Assembly: GCA_965199825.1 (NCBI GenBank)
Contig: OZ241329.1
Location: 288,001-352,000, forward strand
Direction: 5' to 3'
DNA length: 64,000 nt
Source of the DNA: Bdellovibrionales bacterium
GTDB lineage: Bacteria > Bdellovibrionota > Bdellovibrionia > Bdellovibrionales > UBA1609
A model generated the notes under the pieces. It ran no database searches. It had not been told where the DNA came from and worked only from the letters and a program-made list of their open reading frames with translations. Below, in pieces: positions 9,891 to 19,807 of this stretch (position 1 is its first letter; the number at the start of each line of letters is the position of its first letter). Both the position numbers and the translations under genes were made by a program.

Positions 9891-10461
9891 CAGGACAAAT
9901 TTACCCAAAACCTGTGTTCGGTTTTAATCTGGTAATGCAAGTTTACTTCCGGGGGTAGAGTGGTCAGAATTGTTCCGGAAGTCCCAAAACGTCCGGTTTG
10001 CCAGTACGCCGGATTTTTAAATTTCAATTCATAAGAAGTTTTCGAGGGCATAATCTGACTTTAAAAACTGTTCGAACGTTACACTAAAGGTGCCAGGAGT
10101 TTATGTCCGACGTCTGGAGAATGATCAGTGGAGCCTCGACGAAATAATTCAGGCGATGCTAAATTTCGTAATGGCTTGCTAGGCAAAGTTTTCTGCAATG
10201 GATTCATAAGAGTGAGAAAAAAACTCCCTTTGATTTTGCAATTTGAAATGCTTCACCAAAGCTCTTCATCGGAAGCGGCATTTGCGGCGAAACACATAGA
10301 TTATTCTCTCAAGTGACACTTGATAAGTGACGACGCCTGTTCGTCACAAAATATAATGGCAGCATTCTGCTTGCTGGATGTGGCACAGGCAATTAACAAA
10401 ATCGTAACCACGAAGGCGACGTGGAAATTATCAAAAACATAGCTTTGACTCAAGCGTTCCG

Positions 10462-11325
10462 TTACTGCTTCGGAGTAATCAAAAATTGGTGAGGGTTAAA
10501 CCGAACACTTTCGAAGATAATCTTGCGGCCGTAATCTTTGACTTCAAAATCTTTTGAAAGTTCATCTATAATAGCTTGGTCGTTTGGGGTGGTGGTTCGG
10601 CCTAATTCATCTTGAAATATCATTTCTGTGTACATCGAGCCGCCCGGAGCCAGTTTCAGTAAAAGAAATTTCCGAGTATCGAAACTGGCTGACACACCCG
10701 TTATCACAATACCACCCAGTTGTATTTCTGCAGTGGATGCTCCGAGTGCGGCCTGAAGGGATTTATCTTTAAATATCTTTTCAAAATTAAGTTGGTATAA
10801 ATAAAAATACTTTGTGAATGATCCTAAAGAATTGACCCACTGAACTCGCCAAACAAAAGGTTCAGGTAGCGGGCCTTCAATACTTTTAAAATTTCGAAGC
10901 GAATCAACGCGTTCGACCGTTGTCGTTGGCGACAAAGATTGAAGACGAGCTTCGATTTCTCCGATGACGTCATCTCGACCTGTGCCCCATTGACTTAGAA
11001 TGTCGATCAAAAAAAAGTTTTGTGCGATCGGATAAAGATACAAGGGTAGAAAGATATCAGGACCCGATCCTAGTGAGATCACCGACAGGCCGAAAGTTTT
11101 CGATGAATCAATTTGTGGTCTTGTACTAATAAAATTGGAAACATTGGCGTTAGGCCGTGCTGATCGTTGATCTATTTTATTTGCTTCAAGTAATTCCTGC
11201 CTTAAAGTTTTGAGTTGTTGTTCACATGCCAAGTTTGCACTTTCTGAATTAAAATAGTCCATGGATAAACAGATTCTACTGATTGAGAGAACTACCAAAA
11301 AAAGAATAGTTTTAGATTTTCGCAT
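10462..11325 (-). CDS. Secreted hypothetical protein, possible SAM-dependent methyltransferase fold
   Basis: Signal-like N-terminus; SLGSGPD motif-I-like loop, FFLID and LAPGG motifs. Confidence 0.55.
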   Translation of the reverse strand: MRKSKTILFLVVLSISRICLSMDYFNSESANLACEQQLKTLRQELLEANKIDQRSARPNANVSNFISTRPQIDSSKTFGLSVISLGSGPDIFLPLYLYPIAQNFFLIDILSQWGTGRDDVIGEIEARLQSLSPTTTVERVDSLRNFKSIEGPLPEPFVWRVQWVNSLGSFTKYFYLYQLNFEKIFKDKSLQAALGASTAEIQLGGIVITGVSASFDTRKFLLLKLAPGGSMYTEMIFQDELGRTTTPNDQAIIDELSKDFEVKDYGRKIIFESVRFNPHQFLITPKQ

Positions 11326-11853
11326 ATTTTTTGATACCAAATCAGAAGCGGCTGTCAATTAGTGACAACTTCGTGTCGTAAAAGTTGAGCGAGATCCAAG
11401 CTCAACTAACATTTATTTAAGCGAAGGGGTAGAATTCCGCTGGAAGTTTTCCTGCCTATCTTTGAATGCGGCTATTAAGATTCAAAATATTTTAGAAATC
11501 TGGCCGGCTAATAAAATCGATTTTACAGAGGCTCATTGGATGGATTTCGCTAGAGGATCTCCAAATCGCACGAATTTAATTGCCCACTGCTACTTTACAG
11601 TCTGATCCAGATTCCGCCATCTTGCACCCGGTGCGGATGGTTTAGATCTATTTTTTGAATGTCTTAATTAAATTTGATTTGATTATTAGAATAGATTTCT
11701 TCCAGCAAGCTCATATCTGAGAAAAAATTGTCCGAAGGATTAGTGTTCGATTGGTATAAAAATGAACTTTGTATTTGATAATTTGATTCAAAAAATGGCG
11801 TGAAGGCTAAAGAATCTCAAAAAAAAATTTACCGCCTGGGCTCTAGAAGTTTG

Positions 11854-11869
11854 AATGACAATGCCCCAA
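11854..11869 (+). repeat. REP-like motif AATGACAATGCCCCAA, copy 3
   Basis: About 110 bp upstream of the RAYT gene; preceded by TTTG, as in copy 1. Confidence 0.65.
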
Positions 11870-11907
11870 TTTTTCCGGACTACACATCAGCGTTTCAAAG
11901 ATCAAAA

Positions 11908-11923
11908 AATGACATTGCCCCAA
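11908..11923 (+). repeat. REP-like motif AATGACATTGCCCCAA, copy 4
   Basis: Direct repeat 54 bp after copy 3. Confidence 0.65.
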
Positions 11924-11940
11924 AATTATTTGAATAAAAA

Positions 11941-11970
11941 TTGATTTAAAATAAAATCAGATTATACAAT
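11941..11970 (+). promoter_or_regulatory. Candidate sigma70 promoter for the RAYT gene (probably leaderless)
   Basis: TTGATT-N18-TACAAT-N6-ATG with no RBS; overlaps the inverted repeat TGATTT-aaaata-AAATCA. Confidence 0.45.
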
Positions 11971-11976
11971 TCAGCA

Positions 11977-12549
11977 ATGAAACAATATAAACTATTTAAG
12001 TTTAACACCTCAAAGTCGCATGGCGGAGCTGTCACTTCTGGAAAGCGAAAGACCGCCCGCCCTCTAAATAAAAAACGCCTTCACCATATCGTTATGAAAT
12101 CAAATTTAGCAAAAGGGCGTTACAGCTTTAAAAGCTTGAGGCATCGACAAAAGATTGAAACTTTAATTCATCGTAAAGCGCAGATTTATGGAATTCGGAT
12201 CGCCGAGTATTCGAATGTGGGAAATCATCTTCATCTTGTTGTCAGATTTCAATGTCCATATTTATTTAAAAACTTTCTTAAAGTCACAATGGGGTTGATT
12301 GCTCGCATTGTCACTCACGCCAAGAAGGGTAAACAGTTTGGACGATTTTGGGATGGACTGGTTTTTAGCCGAATCATTTCGCCTGGGAGAGATCAGGCTC
12401 GTATCTTTGAATACATTGCGGCCAACGTAATTGAATCCGAAATAGGAAATTTTTTTCGTCGTCAGTATGAATTAGAATGTGAGCGTAAATGGAAGAAAAG
12501 ACGACAGGCAGCGACGGATGACTCAAAATCTTTCCGTCCAATAGATTAA
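11977..12549 (+). mobile_element. REP-associated tyrosine transposase (RAYT; IS200-like Y1 HUH family)
   Basis: HHIVMKS, NHLHLVV (HUH), FW....FSR and EYIAAN (catalytic Tyr); no tnpB nearby. Confidence 0.85.
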
Positions 12550-12590
12550 TCTCGATTGGAGCTGCAATGAAGCCCCGCACAGTTCAAAAT

Positions 12591-13130
12591 CTATTTTCTA
12601 CCTTGAGGCAACATCTTCAAGATATTAGCAGCTTCACACACTTCGCGGGTTCTTAGTCTGGAAGAAAATCCTAATGAATAAAGCTCGTCAGTGTCTGGTA
12701 AAAGTTCGCCACACTCTGCATCCGTCAAATCTTTGCTCGAAACAGGAAGCGCATCGGAAGGACCTTTACAATCTTTGGTGAGTTCTTTAAGCGCTGCAAA
12801 TTTTGCGAGTGGAAGAAAATAATCTGCTGTGTCTACAGGATTGAGAACGCTGATATCGACAACATAGCGCGCAACAATCATCGCATCGATGCGGTCCATG
12901 TCTCTTTGTTTTTCGGTATAAATTTTTATTAGTTTCCGAATGCCCGCACGTCCTGGACCATACAATTGAGTGAGATCATAATTTGCGGTAGCATCAATAA
13001 TCGATTGGCTAATCTTTCTCATTTCGATTCTTTTTTCTTTAGCAAATTGAAGTGTGTTTGGTGCAGTTTGGGCAATCGCCGAACAACCAACAAAACTTGC
13101 GCAAAAACATAAGACTTTAATCATTTTCAT
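12591..13130 (-). CDS. Exported hypothetical protein (possible lipoprotein), coupled to the upstream amidase-like gene
   Basis: Signal MKMIKVLCFCASFVGC; TAATG stop/start overlap with the upstream ORF. Confidence 0.7.
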   Translation of the reverse strand: MKMIKVLCFCASFVGCSAIAQTAPNTLQFAKEKRIEMRKISQSIIDATANYDLTQLYGPGRAGIRKLIKIYTEKQRDMDRIDAMIVARYVVDISVLNPVDTADYFLPLAKFAALKELTKDCKGPSDALPVSSKDLTDAECGELLPDTDELYSLGFSSRLRTREVCEAANILKMLPQGRK

Positions 13131-14179
13131 TATTCTTTTCCTTGATCGTTTAAAACAAACACGCCTCTAACACTAGCACGTCGACCGCCCGATTGATGAT
13201 TGAAAGGGACCGGCCAATAAAAATCTGAAATCCATCCGTTTTCTGTTCTCATTTGGACATCACCGTAAGGGCTACCTGGATTGTCATAAACGACGATGGC
13301 AGAAGCAGGAGCGAGTTCTGGATGGAGTTTCAATTGCGCAGAAGTTATTTCTTTAAATTTTTTAGAGTTTCTTAAAGCTGCAATTCGCTCGTTAGGTCCG
13401 TAACCCCTCAATTTTCCAGGAGGTACAATTCCAAGCGCATAGAATGCTCTTTGTACGAAGGTCCAACATCTTTGTTCACCGTTAGACGATCGGCTTCGAT
13501 GATCTAAAGCATATTTGATTAATTTTTGGACGGTCTCAGGTTTTGTATATTCATTTTTTGGAGCTCGAACAAAAACAGTCGATCCCGGAATATCCCAATG
13601 CGAAAGTCCACGGAAGCGACGATAATAAGCGGCAGGAACGTCTGGATCGTACGAATTCCTTCTTCTCGAATTGTATCGTGGAAGTGGGGTATCGTCTTCG
13701 GTACTTTGGGCAAGCGCCTGCGAAATATCCGCCGCATTGGAAGCCAACCGAATTCTGCCGTTTTGGCGGCGAACTGTATTACAGATTTTGCAATCTCCAT
13801 CGCCCTCGGTCTGAGAATTTAATCCGCCCACAATTTTTAATTTACCCTTTTGAGCCAAACTTTCTAGATCAACAATTGCGGGATCGTTTGCGGCCATTTC
13901 GATTCTTCTGCCGTCAAATGGGATCATGTCATTTTTTGGATTTAAAATAGAATTGCTGAGCAAATTAGATATGTTTATTTGATCTAAACCTTTTGAAACA
14001 GGAACGGTGATGATCGAACCTGCGCGCAATATCTTCTGACTCAAAGGCGAGCCACTATATATTGAGGTGTCGGCCAGGATTTTAACCTTTACCGATGGAA
14101 GCTCTGGTGACTGTTCTTGAGACACCGCAGAACCAAGATACAAACCAACCAATACCAAACCCAATGATTTTAAAATCAT
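13130..14179 (-). CDS. Secreted protein with a C-terminal NlpC/P60 (CHAP/Tae-like) amidase-like domain
   Basis: Signal peptide; CWTFVQRAF...APASAIVVY...YGDVQMRT..GWISDF pattern. Confidence 0.65.
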   Translation of the reverse strand: MILKSLGLVLVGLYLGSAVSQEQSPELPSVKVKILADTSIYSGSPLSQKILRAGSIITVPVSKGLDQINISNLLSNSILNPKNDMIPFDGRRIEMAANDPAIVDLESLAQKGKLKIVGGLNSQTEGDGDCKICNTVRRQNGRIRLASNAADISQALAQSTEDDTPLPRYNSRRRNSYDPDVPAAYYRRFRGLSHWDIPGSTVFVRAPKNEYTKPETVQKLIKYALDHRSRSSNGEQRCWTFVQRAFYALGIVPPGKLRGYGPNERIAALRNSKKFKEITSAQLKLHPELAPASAIVVYDNPGSPYGDVQMRTENGWISDFYWPVPFNHQSGGRRASVRGVFVLNDQGKE

Positions 14180-14271
14180 GCGAGTTGTATCAAAATGAGA
14201 AAGTTGGTTTTGAGTTGTCATCTCCAACTTACATTACAAAGGTCAGGCCATCTTCGTGATAGACTTTAAAT

Positions 14272-14595
14272 ATGAGCAGACAGCATTTTAGGGTGATTGC
14301 GCAGTTTGGTGGTGTCGTGGAAGCGCAGATTGTACAAGCATTTTTGAGCGTGCATGGAATCGAGTCAACTGTCGAGGACTTAAGCAGTACCGGGCTTTAC
14401 GCCAATCTTTTAAGTCGCAGTATCAAATTGCGAGTGCATGAGTCGCAGGTCGAAGAGGCCCAAAGCTTACTTGCACAAAAAAATCGAGATCTTGAAATTG
14501 TGACGCCGGAATATATCGAGCCCAAACCACCCAAAAATTTAAAATGGGTGATTATTTTGATTCTTGTTCTATTGGCTATTTATTTTCGATCGTAA
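14272..14595 (+). CDS. DUF2007-like putative signal-transducing membrane protein
   Basis: EAQIVQAFL...GIE...LRVHESQVEEAQSLL pattern plus a C-terminal TM helix. Confidence 0.75.
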   Translation: MSRQHFRVIAQFGGVVEAQIVQAFLSVHGIESTVEDLSSTGLYANLLSRSIKLRVHESQVEEAQSLLAQKNRDLEIVTPEYIEPKPPKNLKWVIILILVLLAIYFRS

Positions 14596-15977
14596 TTGTC
14601 CTGAAATCGCTTGATATCATCTTCACCGAAATAATCTCCGGTTTGAACCTCAACAAAAATCACTTGAGTCGTACCATGATTTGACATGCGATGTTTTTGA
14701 CCTCGCCGAATATAAATATGCTCACCCGGTGCAACGGTATGAACTTGATCATCTAAGGTGACTGAGGCCTGACCTTCGATCACAACCCAATGCTCATCAC
14801 GATGCACATGCGACTGATAAGAAAGCTGCTCTCCAGGATCCACCGTGATCTTTTTGACTTTATATTTTTGGGTGTCCGAGAGAATTTCGAAGCGACCCCA
14901 AGGCCGTGTTTCAAAAGGATGCTCTGTTGCTTGAGGTAAACCTGCTTTCTTTACGGTCTCTACCAGTGTCTTGACGTTTTGACTCTCACCGCGTTTTGAA
15001 ATCAACAGAGCATCGGGAGTGTCCACCACAAGCAGATCATTCACACCAACCAAACCCACAACTTTGTTGGTGATCGAGAACACAAAATTCTCGCCCGAAT
15101 CTTGTGTAAAAACCGAAGCCATCGAATCGCAATTGGTGGTGGTGGCTTCTTCATCAAGCCGTGCGATCTCGTCCCAACTTCCCATATCCGACCAGCCCAT
15201 ATCGCAAGGGATACATGCGATCGAGGAACTGATCTTTTCCATAATTCCGTAATCGATGCTGATCGATTCAAGAGTGGCGTAAGTGTATTTAAGATCTCGC
15301 AAGTCTTCTGAGACGGCCGAAATCTTTTTCCACATCTCAGGAAGATGTTTTTTAAAATGTTCTGCCATCACAGAAGCTTTAAAAATAAACATTCCCGAAT
15401 TCCAAAAATGTTGTCCCGAGGCTAAAAAGTCTTTGGCTTTTTGAGGCGTGGGCTTTTCATGAAAGCCACGAATTTTGTAGGCATGCAGATTTTGATCGTG
15501 TGCCAATTCTTGTTTTTCAACTTCGATATACCCATAACCCGTCTCGGCACTGCGAGGGGTGATTCCCAATGTCACCACAAAACCTTCGCTTGCCACTTTT
15601 TCGCCAAGGCGAACCACTTTTTCAAAAGTTTTAGGTTGTGAGATGAGATGATCAGCAGGAAAAATCCCGATGATCTCATCTTGATTTTGCTGCAACAGCA
15701 AATGGCACATCAAAGCAATCGGAGCTGCGGTGTTTTTTCCGAGAGGCTCATAGATGACTTGGGCCTCGCTCATCTCAAGCTCACGAAACAGTCTGGTAGT
15801 TAAAGGACGCATGCTCTCAAGAGTGATCAATCGTGGAGCGCCAAAGGATTGCACTCGTTCGATCGAAGTTTTTAAAAACGATTGATCATAAAATCCACAA
15901 AACTGCTTGGGATAATTTGCGCGCGAGACCGGCCACAGCCTTGTGCCGCTCCCACCTGAGAGAATGACGGGAATCAT
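14580..15977 (-). CDS. manC: Mannose-1-phosphate guanylyltransferase / mannose-6-phosphate isomerase
   Basis: ILSGGSGTRLWPVSR..YPKQF, EP.GKNTAAPI, FHEKP, WNSGMF, SIDYGIME and C-terminal cupin (RPWG, EHW). Confidence 0.96.
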   Translation of the reverse strand: MIPVILSGGSGTRLWPVSRANYPKQFCGFYDQSFLKTSIERVQSFGAPRLITLESMRPLTTRLFRELEMSEAQVIYEPLGKNTAAPIALMCHLLLQQNQDEIIGIFPADHLISQPKTFEKVVRLGEKVASEGFVVTLGITPRSAETGYGYIEVEKQELAHDQNLHAYKIRGFHEKPTPQKAKDFLASGQHFWNSGMFIFKASVMAEHFKKHLPEMWKKISAVSEDLRDLKYTYATLESISIDYGIMEKISSSIACIPCDMGWSDMGSWDEIARLDEEATTTNCDSMASVFTQDSGENFVFSITNKVVGLVGVNDLLVVDTPDALLISKRGESQNVKTLVETVKKAGLPQATEHPFETRPWGRFEILSDTQKYKVKKITVDPGEQLSYQSHVHRDEHWVVIEGQASVTLDDQVHTVAPGEHIYIRRGQKHRMSNHGTTQVIFVEVQTGDYFGEDDIKRFQDNYDRK

Positions 15978-16048
15978 TGTAGCTCCTCCACTTGATTTCA
16001 CACTGACATTAAGCAAATCTAGCACAAGACTTATCCAAGGAGAAAACA

Positions 16049-17149
16049 TTGATCCCGTTTATCGATCTAAAACCACAATATGAAGCCTTGCGCGATTCAA
16101 TTTCGAATCGAATTCAAAAAGTTTTAGAACATGGTCAATTTATTTTAGGACCCGAGGTCGAAGAGTGCGAAAAGGCTTTGGCCGAATTTGTGGGCGTGAA
16201 ACATGCGATTGCGGTTTCAAGCGGCACCGATGCCGCCATTATGGCGATGATGGCGTTGGGCATTGGTCCAGGTGACGAAGTGATCACAACTCCATTTTCA
16301 TTTATCGCAACCGCCGAAACGATTCTTTTGGTAGGCGCCACTCCGGTTTTGGTTGATATCGATCCACTCACATTCAATTTGGATCCGGCAAAAATTAGCG
16401 AGGCCATCACTGATAAAACAAAAGCGATCCAACCGGTGGGACTTTTTGGTCAGACCGCAGATATGAAATCGATTTGTGATATCGCCAAAAAAAATAATCT
16501 CTACGTTCTCGAAGATGCCGCCCAAAGTTTTGGGGGCACTTATCTTGGTCGTCAAAGTTGTTCACTCGGTGATATGGGCTGCACCAGTTTTTTTCCGGCA
16601 AAACCTTTGGGTTGTTATGGTGACGGCGGAGCGGTTTTTACCGACAACGACGACTGGGCAAAAACTCTAAAAGAAATTCGGGTGCATGGTCAAAGTGCCA
16701 GATACTACCACACCCGGATTGGAGTGAATGGTCGTTTGGATACTCTTCAGTGCGCGATCTTGATCGAAAAGCTTAAACGTTTTCCATGGGAAGTCGAACA
16801 ACGAAATCGCATTGCAAAACGTTACTCGCAAGAACTGAACGGAATTGATGGGATCAAAACTCCCCATGTGAACGAAGGTTGTACGAGCTCATGGGCCCAA
16901 TACACTTTGCGTGTCAAAGAGCGCGATCAATTTGCAAAATATATGACCGAGCAACAAATCCCAACAAGTGTGCACTACCCCCGATGCATTTCGGATCAAC
17001 CCGCCTATCTTGAAAACACCAAGACCGTCTCGGCTGTGGAGGCTCGACGCGCGGCTGACGAAGTGATCAGCCTTCCGATGTATCCCGATATGCCTCAATC
17101 GATTCAAGATCAGGTGATTGCGGCTGTGCGTGGGTTTGGTAAATTATAA
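16049..17149 (+). CDS. DegT/DnrJ/EryC1/StrS sugar aminotransferase (WbpE/WlbC-like)
   Basis: EDAAQSFG, SFFPAKPLGCYGDGG and NGRLDTLQ motifs. Confidence 0.95.
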   Translation: MIPFIDLKPQYEALRDSISNRIQKVLEHGQFILGPEVEECEKALAEFVGVKHAIAVSSGTDAAIMAMMALGIGPGDEVITTPFSFIATAETILLVGATPVLVDIDPLTFNLDPAKISEAITDKTKAIQPVGLFGQTADMKSICDIAKKNNLYVLEDAAQSFGGTYLGRQSCSLGDMGCTSFFPAKPLGCYGDGGAVFTDNDDWAKTLKEIRVHGQSARYYHTRIGVNGRLDTLQCAILIEKLKRFPWEVEQRNRIAKRYSQELNGIDGIKTPHVNEGCTSSWAQYTLRVKERDQFAKYMTEQQIPTSVHYPRCISDQPAYLENTKTVSAVEARRAADEVISLPMYPDMPQSIQDQVIAAVRGFGKL

Positions 17150-18363
17150 TAAAGCACGGTGGTGATCGCCCATAAAAAAATCAGCATGTGATTGACCTCA
17201 CCATCGGTAAAATTACATTGGGTGAGGCCACCGATATGAAAATACACCTGGCCCAAAAATGCGCTTAAGCCCAAAGTTTTAAACCATCCGAGCTCATAGT
17301 TTTTGAAAACCAAAAAGCTTGCGCGCAAAAACCAAAAATTTAGTGCGAGATAAAATCCAAATCCAAAAATTCCGAGTCCCACAAGCATTTGCAAAAGGTC
17401 TGAATGAGGATGGCCAAAAAAGGCGAAATCGGGTTGGCCTAGGTCGGCGTAATATTTTAAGATCATTTCTTTTTTCTGATGAAATCCAATCCCAAACCAA
17501 GGGTGGTCTTTGAAGGCTAAAAAATTAGCACGCCATAAAAAACTACGGGTGGCATTACTAAAATTTTGGCCATCAAAAATACTGTTAAATCGATCGATCA
17601 AAGTTTGATTGGTTAAAGTCACTACCGTCACAACCCCCAAAAATACAGGCACATACTTTAAAAACCATCGACGCGAAACTAAGACGACCCCCAATAAACT
17701 GGCTACGGCGTAAGCAACCCAAGCTCCTCGAGTCATCGAAAGTAAAACGCTTAACCCCACACTCAAATAAGCCAAAAAACTCAGAATAAATTCTTTGTTT
17801 CGCTTTTGTTTGGCCATCTGAAATGAGAGGGCGAGTGTGGTCATCCCCATCATTCCAATGGAATAAGCAAAGGTCAGTCCCATCTTAAAAAAACCCGAAG
17901 CTCTAAAAAATGGACCGATGTGATCGAGCGGCAGATGAGGTCGTGAAATATCGATCCCGGTAAAAAACTGAAACACACTGTTAAAACCAATCGCAATCAA
18001 TAAAAAACAATAAACCAAATGCCAGCGCTCCATTTTTTTTGACAAGATCAATCTCAAAACCCCGGGGAAGGCATAAACAAGAATCGCCCATCTCATCCAC
18101 CCGACCATGTCGATCCATTGACTTCTATTTTCTGAATTGATCGATGCACTCAAAACGACACAAACAAAATATCCGAGCAAAAACCAATCGGGACCGATTT
18201 TAACTTGTTGAAGTTGATGACGAATCCATTTGTATAAAAAGATGGCAGCAATCAATGAAGATGCGATTTCCATTCCGGCCATGGACGTGGCAAGAGTCAG
18301 AGTGTAAATAGCAAAAATAGATGTGATCAGATGAAACCTCTTTAGCAAAAAAGTAGAAAGCAT
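17110..18363 (-). CDS. waaL: O-antigen ligase
   Basis: Multi-TM protein; RASGF, SMTRGAW, HPWFGIG and HPHSDLLQ motifs. Confidence 0.85.
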   Translation of the reverse strand: MLSTFLLKRFHLITSIFAIYTLTLATSMAGMEIASSLIAAIFLYKWIRHQLQQVKIGPDWFLLGYFVCVVLSASINSENRSQWIDMVGWMRWAILVYAFPGVLRLILSKKMERWHLVYCFLLIAIGFNSVFQFFTGIDISRPHLPLDHIGPFFRASGFFKMGLTFAYSIGMMGMTTLALSFQMAKQKRNKEFILSFLAYLSVGLSVLLSMTRGAWVAYAVASLLGVVLVSRRWFLKYVPVFLGVVTVVTLTNQTLIDRFNSIFDGQNFSNATRSFLWRANFLAFKDHPWFGIGFHQKKEMILKYYADLGQPDFAFFGHPHSDLLQMLVGLGIFGFGFYLALNFWFLRASFLVFKNYELGWFKTLGLSAFLGQVYFHIGGLTQCNFTDGEVNHMLIFLWAITTVLYYNLPNPRTAAIT

Positions 18364-18367
18364 ATTT

Positions 18368-19807
18368 GTGATTCGACTTGAAACCAAATCATTTATTGTC
18401 GCAAGCGCTTTTGTTCGAAGCTTTACCCAAGCCCAAGTTTCTTCGGATTCAAAAGACGCAAGCGCTTTTGTGTTTGTCGATCCCACTGATCAAGAGATCA
18501 ACAACTTAAAAGGGCGCATTATTATTTTTGGTGAATTGCCCGCTTCGCTTTTCAAAAATTTAGGAATTCAATCGGTCGCGGCTTTTGATCCCTCTTTGTT
18601 TGAATGCTCGCCTGCAGCCTTTCACTCCGCGAGTCAAAGTGCGGGTGTTGTTCATTATAAAGAACATGAATTAAATAAAAATCTTTTTGATCTCAACCGC
18701 CCTTTATGTCGATTTGATTTTTTGGATGAATGGAACAATTTAAATTTTGGCCGCATCAATAAAAATGATTTATTCGGAATTTCAAGTACGGTCGCAATCC
18801 CAAAAGAAAACGAACTCGCCCACATTGATCACTTAAGTTATGCGGGACTTTGGGATTTTGGGCATCAGTCTATTTTGTGGTTCAACCGCGCTGTGGGTCC
18901 GGTCGACAGTTCCGAGTGGACAATCGTTGAGAACTTTTTAACCGACTACCGGCCCGAATTGGTTGGTACACATCCCCGTTATTTGGAAATTCCCTATGGG
19001 ATGACTGCTGCGGTGACGATGCGGCTGGATTGTGACGAAGATATCCTTTCTGCGCGCCCTTTGTTTGAGCTCTATTCAAAAAAAAACTTACCCTTTTCGC
19101 TAGCAATCAAAACCGATATTCTGAATCAAGACAGCGTTGAATTCTTGAAAAATATTGATGTGCTCTCACATTCCCATTCCCATCCTGCAAACTGGGGGGT
19201 GAATTTTGAGCAGGCTTTGTTTGAAGCACGGCATTCTAAATATGTATTGAAACAAAAACTTGAGCGCCCCATTGAGATGGCGGTCTCGCCTTTTCACACC
19301 AATAAAGACTATTCGATCAAGGCCTTAAGCCGCACTCACTATCGGGCTCTTGTTTGTGGCATAATAAAGAATGATCCCGAATATTTGATTGCGCGTGCAG
19401 GTTATGTTGACGATCCCGATCTGCTTTTGCATTCGCAGCAGTGCATGCTCCATGGGGACTGTGTGCTCGACACCTCAGATCCCTTAAAGATTTACAAACA
19501 GGCATTCATGAATGCTCAAAGGAGCCAAACTTTTTTTGGTTACCTTGATCATCCCTTTAGCCCTCGCTATCAGTACGGCTGGCAGTCCGAAGAGCAACGA
19601 CTGAAACTCCATGATGAGTTTACCGATTTTATGATCAATAACGGTGCACAGTTTTTTTCAGAATCTGAGGCACTCCAATTTTTGATTCAAAAAAATCAGA
19701 GTTCTTTAAGTATGGTCGAACGACCGCTTACAAAATTAAAACCAGGAACCTTTCAATTAGCAGTGCGCTGGCGCGGTCAAACATTTGCCGCAAAGGATTT
19801 GAGTTGA
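18368..19807 (+). CDS. Polysaccharide deacetylase-like protein
   Basis: RLDCDED and SHSHSHP metal-binding motifs (CE4/NodB-like). Confidence 0.7.
   Translation: MIRLETKSFIVASAFVRSFTQAQVSSDSKDASAFVFVDPTDQEINNLKGRIIIFGELPASLFKNLGIQSVAAFDPSLFECSPAAFHSASQSAGVVHYKEHELNKNLFDLNRPLCRFDFLDEWNNLNFGRINKNDLFGISSTVAIPKENELAHIDHLSYAGLWDFGHQSILWFNRAVGPVDSSEWTIVENFLTDYRPELVGTHPRYLEIPYGMTAAVTMRLDCDEDILSARPLFELYSKKNLPFSLAIKTDILNQDSVEFLKNIDVLSHSHSHPANWGVNFEQALFEARHSKYVLKQKLERPIEMAVSPFHTNKDYSIKALSRTHYRALVCGIIKNDPEYLIARAGYVDDPDLLLHSQQCMLHGDCVLDTSDPLKIYKQAFMNAQRSQTFFGYLDHPFSPRYQYGWQSEEQRLKLHDEFTDFMINNGAQFFSESEALQFLIQKNQSSLSMVERPLTKLKPGTFQLAVRWRGQTFAAKDLS

Noticed and set aside
10128..10316. 62 aa ORF and nearby GTGACGA/TCGTCAC inverted repeat (10338-10357)
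   Set aside because: No RBS or recognisable motif; a 7 bp stem is expected by chance.
11367..11604. Startless ~80-codon open frame (QLRVVKVERD...HCYFTV*)
   Set aside because: Could be a gene remnant, but I cannot assign it to any family.
11977..12549. IS605/IS200 element with TnpB and a guide RNA
   Set aside because: No tnpB/RuvC ORF or clear terminal hairpins nearby; the RAYT interpretation fits better.
12565..12576. CAATGAAGCCCC downstream of the RAYT gene as a fifth motif copy
   Set aside because: Needs several deletions to match the motif; too weak.
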